64,000 bases of DNA, taken from contig NC_134033.1 of the NCBI RefSeq assembly GCF_964204645.1, forward strand, positions 12,966,655 to 13,030,654. Direction: 5' to 3'. Made by a program: the position numbers and the translations under genes. This document shows, one piece after another, positions 53,919-64,000 of this stretch. The notes beneath the pieces are model-generated. The model was not told the origin of the DNA. It searched no databases and saw nothing but the letters and a program-made list of their open reading frames with translations. The DNA comes from Tubulanus polymorphus. Lineage: Eukaryota > Animalia > Nemertea. Position 1 is the stretch's first letter. The number at the start of each line of letters is the position of its first letter.

Positions 53919-54313
53919 CAGGGTGTCTCAGAAAATATGTCACCGAAGCTTTATGATTCATTATTCATTATATTCACTATAACTGAAATTCATTTTGGGG
54001 GGGGGTTAGGTTGGTAGACCTGCATGTCTGCTTGAAGATGGAATGTTTGAATGCAGTGAAAAGCCATACACGACTTATGATTGTATTTCAACATTCTATC
54101 ATCGAGCAAACATGCAGGTTTACCAGCCTTACCCCCCAAAAATTATACATGCCGAATAATCAATCTTAAAACTTAGGTTACACATTTTCTGAGACACCGT
54201 GGACCCAGTTCCACAGTTGTGAGTTAAGATTTGACTCAAGAGTTAACTCATTAAAAATGAACTAATCTTAACTCAGAGTTAACTCGAACTCACAACTGTG
54301 GAACCGGATCCTG
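53919..54313. mobile_element. Tc1/mariner-like MITE with a Harbinger-like MITE (54202-54310) nested in its right TIR
   Basis: TA|CAGGGTGTCTCAGAAAAT ... ATTTTCTGAGACACC[GTG-insert-]CTG|TA. Confidence 0.8.
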
Positions 54314-55297
54314 TATAACCCGACATTGATAATTGTGTAGCTGAAATCTGTAGTTATATTTGTATCCGTTCACTAATGGAGTTTGTCTATATTCAACTGC
54401 ACCGACTCAACGAATCGAAACCCTTAATCAGATCCACAATAACCGACCCTTTAGGTGTTAAAATCCAGTCAAGTTTTAGACCAGAAGTATGGAACTGGGT
54501 CTTTTGTTACGATACAATGAAATTATTTGCTAAAAAAAGAATTACACGTATTCTTGAAATCGACTTTGTAGAAACGAAATATTTTATACGTAGGAAATAA
54601 CGATTAGGCAGTGTAGTTCCGTGCCGATATTTTTTTAGATATTGTGATGAAAAATGTGAATGTTGGAATGTTTGTTACGATATTGTACATGCATAAACGT
54701 TTTACGTGTAGACTTTCATAAAAATGGTCGACACTGGGAAAACTGATGGCTTACTGTATACAAATTCCTACGCTTCGATAGTTCCGAAATTGTGGTGTAG
54801 TATAACGTACGGAAACCTATACGGCGCCAGTTTCAATGTAACGTATGGATGTTTTATAAGTTCGGAATGCAATTATAAATTCCACGTGAAAAGGTTAAAG
54901 TGTCTTTTTGTCTTAATTTTGATTTTTCTATCATTTCTATTACCGCGAAAGCCAACTAAGAGGAGTATCGTACAGAGCTGCCAACACTGATCCTGATCGT
55001 CGGAGAGAGTCCCTGAAAATGTCTCACTGTCCCTGATGGTGGTTTTTTGATCTATTGCTGTCCCTGAAGTAATTTTGCACTGTCCCTCTAAAGATTGTTC
55101 TGATTCTTAATGTTTCCTTATTTTTGTCCCTGATGTGGTAATTGATAGGTTGGCAGGTTTGATCGTATTGATAATATCTAATCGAAATTAAGCGATTTAT
55201 AATTAGGTTCATGAAGAGACACCGATTCCCGAGCCCGGCGGGAGGCAATCAAACCCTGGCAAGCGAGCATGATGAAGAGAGCCGAAGTTGAAAGGAG

Positions 55298-57385
55298 TCA
55301 CATCTTTTGATAGACGTAGACGATGCCGTCGTTTTCCCACGAATAGTTGTTGACTATAGTCCGTTCCAGCAATGTCCACCTGCCTTCCGCCACCATTTGT
55401 TCCATTTTTGGTTCCAATCTCCCGTTGTATTCCTGCACTTCGGTTAAATACGCCGCCCTCATTACGATACAGATGAATGCGCCTGAAAACATCGGATAGG
55501 AATTCCTTGGAATGTTTGAGCTTTTCTAAAAAGATTGACACCTTTGTTTCTCATTTCTACTGAGCTTAAAAGTTGACTCAGCCGGCCGCCTATCTACCAT
55601 GTACATTACTTTTTTAAAATCACGATCAAGCTTCTCATAACCGACCCGGCAGCTACAGAAATGATCAGATTACAAATTTAATTGCGGTTTACAAAAGTGA
55701 CTCGGTCGATTAGGAGAAACAAGATATCAATTGGTCTATCATATTTAAATTAGTTTTGATTATTTTAACGCACCTTGTCTGGCCAGTCTCAGCAGTTCGT
55801 CTAGTCCCGCGCATGGAATGTGACCTTGACCCATACCCCCAGCAGTTAACACGCAGTCGTATGTTTCTATACGATGTAAGGACAAAACAAACAAAAAAAC
55901 ATCACGATTATAAATTCATCAGACTGAATCATATTTCGTGATTAAATCCAAATTTAATAGTTGCTTTCAACATTGTGTTCAATACCTGATGGAATTGAAG
56001 TCGGTTTATCAGTGATCAGTTCGGTGGAGATATTCGTGTAGAGTTTTTTCCCATTCGCTATTTGCACCAATGTTTCACTCGGTTCCAAGGCGTCCAAATT
56101 ATCGAAGCCGTATCTGTTTAACAACTGTATAACGACGAAAACAAAATGAACGATAATCATCAAAATGGCTGTATGTATTATATATGAGTGCTTCGTGTTT
56201 TGTATTATTGTAGAATCAAATCTCTAAGACTAGAAACGGTTGCCTCATGCCCTAACGCCATCCCGAAGTTGAAATTTGAGTTATTCTATGCGTCATACTC
56301 AAGTTACACATGATTGTCAATAAAACAAAAGTTAAAAGGGAAAAGAAACAGCAGAAAACAATAGATATACATGTATATATTCCGAGCTGCAAACGGGGAA
56401 ATATTCATATGCAGATCATTTCATAGTGCTACAAATACAGTAAACCTCGCCTTAATCTCACATGGCCAACTCAGACTTTGACCAACTCGGACAAAACAAA
56501 ATCAGTTTCCGACCTCCGAACGTATTTCCTCATCCTTAACTCGGACTTCACTACTTTTCTGGCCCCAGTTTGTTCGAGTTGGTTGAGATAAACCGTATAA
56601 TTCTGAAAGCCAAATTCGCCTCAGATTTATCAATTCGGATTTAATCTTCATCGTTAGAATATCTACTCAAGTCATTCGCGCTGATAGGTATTCAGACACT
56701 TACATGTTCAGCGACGAGCCCAGTACCCGCGGCCACATCGAGAATCTTCGCCCGTTTATCGGTGAGGTATTTATTTACGGTGTCTGCGATTATTCTAGGA
56801 CCTCTGTAGTTATTTTCCCTCATGTCCTGAAGTGAGAAAACAACTGTGCATCGTTTTAACGGAATGATTGGCGTAAGCTGAGAGCCAATGACGCAAATCT
56901 GCGCCCCCTGTAGGTGAAAAATGAGTTAGTGTTGTCTGAATAGAAATGTCTTCAGATTATTCTTGAACTGCTGTTGAGAAAAATGAATGATATGTGCCGT
57001 ATATAGCGCTTGCTAAATCCAGCGACGCTTTACATTTTTCGGTATCATTACACCCCAGCCATTCAATACATCTCTCAATCGGGAAAAGTAACACACATCA
57101 GGCCAGGACCCATTTACTCCTGGGTGGAGAGAGGCAATGAGGATAAGATTCTTGCCCAAGGACACTACGGTAATGTACCGGTACGGAGTTCAACCCTCAA
57201 TGATGGGGCGTAAACAAAAAGCCAATTACGCACATCTGTGAATTTTACAAGGCGTCAAAAGACATTCGAGGATTACTTACATCGTCGTATGAATTCCAGT
57301 CGTTGTAACTATTAACAACCTGTACCGTCGACATGCCTGGGTGATGTCTGCGGGCGTTTCTTTTGGCTATATCTGTATCATTCAT
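55298..57385 (-). CDS. METTL27: Class I SAM-dependent methyltransferase, METTL27/WBSCR27-like, 214 aa
   Basis: Exons 57385-57281, 56826-56704, 56124-55986, 55866-55774, 55482-55298 (645 nt, in frame). Motifs YNDWNSYDDD, motif I ILDVAAGTGLV, DALEPS, YDCVLTAGGMGQGHIP, ELLRLARQGA. Confidence 0.88.
55525..55738 (-). mobile_element. MITE family copy 3 (in the last methyltransferase intron)
   Basis: Reverse complement of 45478-45700. Confidence 0.75.
57000..57200 (-). mobile_element. CORE-type SINE remnant
   Basis: Minus strand GTGTCCTTGGGCAAG...CATTGCCTCTCTCCACCCAGGAGTAAATGGGT (CORE-like) ending in an L2-like tail AAGCGCTATAT. Confidence 0.7.
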
Positions 57386-58648
57386 CGTAATTCAGACCCT
57401 AAACTAGATAACGATGCGATTTCACAATTTATGCCTTTTTCAACAAATAAGGAGTAGGGATTTTTAAACACAAATTGGGAGGGTGAAAACAAAAATATGA
57501 TATATACGTAGAAGATGAACTGATACGTAGAACAGTGCATGGAACATAATGCTCCGGATATTTGACCACAAAGAAATATCCGGCGCACTGTTCATGATAT
57601 TATTTAACGTGGCCTTCGTGGTTACTCAAGATGGTCACTGTTTTATCGACCTTCATGACCATCAGGTTGATCCGGATGGTCATCCCTCATGACATGGCTT
57701 TCATATCATACAAACACCAAGATACACACGTCTCTGGGTCTCGTTGCTTGTGCTCGTTGTCCGTGGCCTGTGCTCTCTCTATCTCTAAGCTCTGGCTCTC
57801 GCAGGTTGTCAATAGCAGAATGAACTAAACTTTACTAATAACCACTGAGCTAGAAATTCTGTATCAACAGAACCCAATCAACTGGTGGAGCCCTATATAA
57901 AATACAATTTTCTATCATTCGGATGGACTGCAGAAAAAATGAAAAAGGCTGTGAATTGTCATGTATTGTCAATCTAAATGATGGGAAAAATCATGAAAAC
58001 TAAATTTTACGAATCGCTTGATTGAAACTTCGACGGACATGACAACAACGAATTTTTGCTCTAAGAAAATTGTGATGCCAACCACGACGGAGGCTTTTCA
58101 ATATTTTTGGCGGAATTCTGAAGAGTATATCCGTAATGCAGGCGATAAAAAAAGCTTTAACTAAATCGTTTTTCTTTTTTTCAAATTGTTCAGTTGTTTT
58201 TAGTTTCATATTGATGCGTACTCAGATATATGCGGCTTTTAACCTTAAGTGTTCCATCCGTGGAGACGACATCAAAAAGTTGACAAGCTGCCGAGTTTAG
58301 GATCAGTACTCCGAAATTTTCTCATCAGCGGTAACACTGGACTACGAAGGGGGAGAACATGTTCTACTTGAATAAGGAATTGATATTTTTGATGGGAAAG
58401 CACCGAATATTCATTCAAATCGTGCAAAAATACCGTACAGAACAAAATCTTATTTTTATCATCAAATCATGATGAATAAATGTAAATATGAGGGTGAACA
58501 GCTGGTTTTTTTTAAGGGGTCGAGTAAGAATGAAACTATAAACTTTCAGATTTAAAGCGATTTTATACGGCATTCCCCTGATAAAACTGTCATCGTAAAA
58601 GGCGGATTTTTCTGCGATTTAGTAAATAAACGGGCACCCTATGAATTC

Positions 58649-58655
58649 TATAAAA
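58649..58655 (+). promoter_or_regulatory. TATA box of the peptide gene
   Basis: TATAAAA ~30 bp before an Inr-like GCAGT at ~58681 and ~110 bp before the ATG. Confidence 0.65.
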
Positions 58656-58758
58656 TACGCGTTTAGACTATTGAATCCGGGCAGTGTCGTACATATCTGG
58701 CCACAGAACGCTTTCTATTTTACTGCAAAGATACCGAGCTTCGCGCGGTACCGGGAAA

Positions 58759-59378
58759 ATGTCCAGAAAGGTCAGTATTCAAAAACATAAATACTGGATC
58801 CATGTAGCACGCAGTTCTGAGTTAAATTTGATCTTAACTCTGAGTTACCTTTTAACTTACAACTGTGAAACTGGGCCCTGTTTTTACAAATTACAAATTG
58901 TTGGAATCTCATAAATGCTGTTAAATGGATTGATTGAATTGTAAGTCCATGGTACAAAAACGAAAAATACCATAAATCTGCTACGAGATAAACGTTCTCT
59001 TAGTCGGAGTACTGACTGCAGGGCCCGGTTTCATAAAAAAGTTTAACTCAATTTTTTGGTGTCATCGCCATTGGTTACTTCGTGCATTCAAAGAGGACAA
59101 CAATTCAAACTTGACCGTTTTAGGCTTAAACTTTTTCGTGAAACTGGGCCCAGAGGTTGTATCGAACACGTTTTACATATTATTTTTTGATCTGAAAAAT
59201 TCAGGTGATGATGTTCTCGTTATTGTTGTTGGTCGGTGTGATGACTACGATGCAGGTCACTTCCGGTATGGTGGTCAAGAGGGATGCGTGCAGCATTTGT
59301 TTCTTCGGGTGCATGCGCAAAAATCACTGTACTACACAAATCTGCAAAATCGGCTGTAATAGGCAATGCTGTGGCTAA
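58759..59378 (+). CDS. Small secreted cysteine-rich peptide precursor (61 aa; toxin/antimicrobial-like)
   Basis: Exons 58759-58770 (MSRK, donor AAG|GTCAGT) and 59205-59378 give MSRKVMMFSLLLLVGVMTTMQVTSGMVVKR-DACSICFFGCMRKNHCTTQICKIGCNRQCCG*. TATA upstream, AATAAA at 59403-59408. Confidence 0.82.
58797..59150. mobile_element. Two Harbinger-like MITEs (58797-58877, 59022-59150) in the peptide-gene intron
   Basis: Inverted termini with CTG/CTG and CAG/CAG target-site duplications. Confidence 0.75.
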
Positions 59379-60009
59379 TACAGCTGTTGCTACGAGTATC
59401 AGAATAAATTGAATTTAACATATTTTCTACACGAAACGAATTGTTACATTTTTAGTATCAGAGATTCGATGTCTTGATTGCTAGCTGATCAAATGGTTCT
59501 ATATACTGTAGATTGACTTTTTGATAATTAACAAACGTACCTTGAGAGTTGTTGTCGAAACTATCTGTACCTAACGCAAGGAAGGAAGTACGTAAGTAAT
59601 ATGAAGTGGTTGTGTAAACGCATTACGTACCGTGCAGGGAGGAGAGAGTGATATCGAAGTTTGTTTAATGAGCGTTTTCGCGGCGTCGTGAATGCGGGAG
59701 TACGTGTATAAACCTTTATCAACTGGATCGATGTTAAATTTAGCGCTGAAGAAAAGCAGACGGCTACTGATATGCGGATCTTGATATCCGCAATCTATTT
59801 TGATAACCAGAAACTACTTGAAATCCAGGCAGGCGAACACATGGTGCAGCGACGTGGCCACTGATTTCATGTACGACATTATGTCGCACCATTTCCGCAC
59901 AGAATGCCTCCTTCCTTGTAAGAAACATTCTTCTTTTAGGCACACCACCAGCTGTGAAGTAACATTTATACCATCATACCATTTACGTATGATATCATAC
60001 TCGATTTAC

Positions 60010-61771
60010 AATAAAGAAGTTTCCAGTTTCTAGGCGCCATTTTGTGGCGGTCCCTCGAGGTCCCCATTGTTGCGATAATTTGCGCTCATTTTCAAAACAT
60101 AAGTTTCGATTGAATATCACATAGTTCTGCAGTCCCTTGCTCTTGATTAACTTAATTTATACACCATTTTAAAGGAAATGAAATGCAGATATTTGTTGGT
60201 AATTCTTGGATTTTTTGAACGCAACAATTGAGAACAGTGACGACGTGAAACCAAGGACCGCATATCTTAACCGCGCGTAAATGAAATCGCGATATTCATT
60301 AATTTTGAAATATCTAAGTATATCTTGAAGCTATATTTCCAATTTTCACAGAGGTTAAAGAGGGTTATTTGCAGTTTAGGCCTGCTTTAAAATTTTTTGA
60401 ATATCTTTCCTGAAGACTGATCTGTACCCGCTTGAGTTTGAGATTACGCGCAAAAGGGGTCTCCCACTGCGCACCGCCATTTCACCGAACATTGAGATTT
60501 AAATAAATCGCAAAAATAAGATTTTATACTGGTTTGATATCATTAATATTGCTTCTTATGGTTATATATTACCTTTATTTTCGTATGTTTAAAAATGGAC
60601 TTTGAGTGCTTTGAGGAATTCGAGTTTTGTAGCGATGGGAAATTGAAGGATTTCTTGTTAGAGTGGGGACGTTCTGTGTTGGTTGCATAGGTGGCCTAGT
60701 TGAGAGCCTATTTTGCTTTTCAACAGAATGTTCCACTCATGGATGGACACTAGAACAAAATCCAAGTTTTTATATATTTTTGAATATGCGGCGCAGCTTT
60801 AAGTAGCCCAACTGGACGTTGAGCCCCTAAAACAGAATATCAAATGGGGGACAGGATCCCCTTTAAATATAATATTGATATTTTATATCAGTCAGGTTAT
60901 CTGGTCGATGTTTTCCAGCAAAAAGGTTGAGATTCAGTAAATTCGTCGTATGATCCCAGGATGAGGGATTACCGGAGAGAGATATGTGTTGAAAAATGTC
61001 CTAAGCGTTTAAATTGACTGGCAAATTTCACCATGGACTCTAAAACGTTTTGGGCCCATGATTTCACCGAACACAAAATCGGCGCTAGGCTGGACGGGCT
61101 GCATGGCGACAATTCCCCAACTGGGCCGTTCAAACTTCAAAGCGGGACAAACCGGATCCCGAAACCAGCTAAACTAATTGCCCCCGCCAAAATACAGTAC
61201 AAACAAGATACGGATTATGATCTCAAAATATCCCCATGGAAAAAGTGAAGAAATCAAATTGCATTTAAACATTTCTTTTCACAAATCTCAATGTTCAGTG
61301 AAATGGCGGTGCGCAGTGGGAGACCCCTTTTGCGCGTAATCTCAAACGCAAGCGGGTACAGATCAGTCGTCAGGAAAGATATTCAAAAAAATTCAACGCA
61401 GGCTTAACCTGCGAATAACCCTCTTTAACCTCTGTGAAAATTGGAAATATAGCTTCAAGATATATTTAGATATTTCAAAATCAATAAATAGTGCGATTTC
61501 TTTTACGCGCGGTTAAGATATGCGGTCCTTGGTTTCACATCGTCACTGTTCTCAATTGTTGCATTCAAAAATTCCAAGAATCGCCAACAAATATCTGCAT
61601 TTCATTTCCTTTAAAATGGTGTATAAATTAAGTTCATCGAGCAAGGGACTGCAGAACTATTTGATATTCAATCTAAACTTATGTTTTAAAAATGAGCGCA
61701 AATTATCGCAACAATGGGGACCTCGAGGGACCGCCACAAAATGGCGCCTAGAAACTGGAAACTTTTTTATT
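60010..61771. mobile_element. Foldback-like non-autonomous DNA element with ~490-bp inverted arms
   Basis: 60010-60500 is the reverse complement of 61283-61771 with scattered mismatches; ~780-bp spacer has no recognisable transposase. Confidence 0.9.
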
Positions 61772-63325
61772 CGCGTATCGCAATATGCTACTCTTACACT
61801 GGGCCTAGTCGATACGCGAAACTATCAACTTGGTTTGGGGAAGGGTTAAGGAGTTTTTACTGTTCCCTCCTCTCCTATTTCAGTTACATATAATGTGAAA
61901 TAAATCCACTTAGTGATTGGTTGATATTCATTCATTCATTCATTCACTTATATTGAAATATATATCCATGTAGACCAGTGTAGGATAATTCGGATAATTT
62001 GCTGATCCTTTATCACAATGATCTGCTGATTATTTCTTGAAATAACACAAAATGTGACCGCGTTGACCAAACAAACTCAAAGTAAAATGTTCTTTACAGT
62101 TCAACACAAATATAGAAATATATGTTAAGATTTCACGGCATGAAATAGATCAATAGATATGCAATATTTGAATTGTATTTTATTCGCATACACTTTGTAC
62201 TTTGTCTCTTGCACCTCGTAAAAACAAGTTTGTAATCACTTGAAACTGTATCTCATTCTTCTAAGATGTACTTTGGACGGCTGTGTCTTCGACTTCAAGA
62301 AATAAGTGCGTTTAAAATCTTGATAAATGATCTGGGATCGAATCGAGGACACTTATGTTATGAGCTGCTTAGAACCGGCCCGGATTATGCAACAGGTTGC
62401 GTGAAAACGAGGCCTTTGATCGAATCAAAGAAACATATGACAAAAGCTTTCTGATTATTTGACGAAAGATAATTCATATGATTTGATGTGTGATATTGAC
62501 AAATAGTTCAACAATAATAAAGAGGATTTGAAAACTTTTTGCAACAATTTGAAAAGAAAATGGGATGATCCGGTCTGGTCCTTGATGGTTCAATTATCTT
62601 TACTCAACATTTGTAGAATCAGTGTCACTCGACCGGCTTCGTTCGGACATAGTGCCACCTAGTCAGTGCCGATAGACCGGGTTCGAACTTCGGGCGCCCA
62701 ATTCCGCATCTAGACCTCTCGGAATTAGTTTTCCCGGCTCAAACCTACCTAGAAATGACTGTATTCTGCTGACCACAAAAAAATCCCGTACTTAAAACTA
62801 CAGGTACAATTTAGAAATAAAGAATTGTATTTTTTTCGAACTCTTCGAAACATGAGAGAGAAGGTGCTCTTGTGATTGGATGGTTGATAGCACAGTGACA
62901 GATACTAGGTATATCGTTCATTGGTCAAGTAACGTATGACGTCAGCAAACCTACTAATAAATAAAGAAAGTGTCACTTTGACGAAGCTTGGAGTAATCAT
63001 TTTTTTTGTCAAATGATTACTCCAAGGACGAAGGGTGTTAAAGAGGATAGGTCGTTTTCCAGTGATAATTATCTTTAATTGAAGCGTCACTTTCGATCAC
63101 GTAAGTAGATATGTACATCAAATTCCAAATATCCAAATATTGACGCTTGATCGGGAAGTGTTAAACTGTATAACAACTCCATGATTCAATTGAGCAATAT
63201 TGTTATCAGCTGTAGAATATTTACGTGTTTTTTCAACGTAGAAATGAACGCACTGATACGTACGCGTTACAATTTCTAATGATGATATAAGTATAATATA
63301 TATATATCTCGGGTAGAGTTCAAAG

Positions 63326-63546
63326 TAGCAAAAACAGAATAAATCTCATTTTCTAATCAGTAAATAATGTTACATTTCCCCTCTTCAGGCAAAGGGCAAG
63401 TGATTAAATTTTGATAGTGTAGTTAAGGTATCAAAATTTAATCACTTGCGCTATGCCTGAAGAGGGGAAAATGAAACTCCCGAAAACGTTCGCTACGATG
63501 AATAAAAATCATTCACTGGAATTAGATTTCTGTTTGTTTTTGCTAG
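63326..63546. repeat. Palindromic element; near-perfect hairpin core 63375-63470
   Basis: TTTCCCCTCTTCAGGCAAAGGGCAAGTGATTAAATTTTGATA / TATCAAAATTTAATCACTTGCGCTATGCCTGAAGAGGGGAAA. Confidence 0.8.
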
Positions 63547-64000
63547 TACAGATTTATGATATAATATACTGTATATTTGCATTCATACATGTTTATTCTT
63601 GCTGTTAATTTCGATATATTTGATTCTTCAACAACCGGATACAATTGTAAGGAACTGCGTCAGACCTGTTCGGGTTGTACACATAATTTAGATGTTCCGT
63701 AACTTCTTTTTGTCGACGAGTAGTTTCAGCAGTTTAAGATATCAGGTCAATAGTTCATCGTTTTAAGCATAGGCTCATTTTAGAGTCCATGTATTAATAG
63801 ATATGCATTATATCAAAGATTGGTAAACAGTATCGTTGACGGTGCTATTTTAGCCAGTTCGTTATCGAAACCGCAAGTGACTTCGCACGGGGCAAGAAGC
63901 TCATTGTTCAACGACCTATCGATTTAGACAATAAAACACATAAATGGTGCAGGTCAAATTTCATCCATTAATCAATATTATTAAGAACAGATCTGTTAAA

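Noticed and set aside
59111-59359. 82-aa ORF from the track
   Set aside because: It starts inside a MITE and is in the wrong frame. The overlapping frame 59205-59378 gives the coherent peptide precursor.
61033-61248. Transposase within the foldback spacer
   Set aside because: Only 71 aa with no DDE or DNA-binding motif recognisable.

Overview
This window is intron-rich animal DNA, inferred to be from an invertebrate bilaterian, and is not prokaryotic. Positions 1-26 kb contain no recognisable protein-coding exon, only MITEs, SINE remnants, micro/minisatellites and regulatory-looking motifs. Five genes can be assembled by hand from GT-AG exons. (1-2) Two intact tandem clan-2 cytochrome P450 paralogues on the minus strand (26395-29545 and 31195-34072; 7 coding exons, 511 aa each). 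(3) A PARG-family poly(ADP-ribose) glycohydrolase on the plus strand (44025-52226, about 1394 aa). Its catalytic macrodomain is split by a ~930-aa insert carrying about 7 AKAP-like amphipathic helices, many RRxS PKA sites and an FFAT-like motif. (4) A METTL27-like SAM methyltransferase on the minus strand (55298-57385). (5) A 61-aa secreted 8-Cys peptide precursor missed by the ORF track (58759-59378, plus strand), apparently nested antisense in the methyltransferase 5' intron. Also present are a ~32-copy 66-bp satellite derived from a tRNA-like SINE head, a 1.76-kb foldback element with ~490-bp arms, and nested Harbinger/mariner-like MITEs. The best candidates for novelty are the PARG/AKAP-like hybrid and the Cys-rich peptide.
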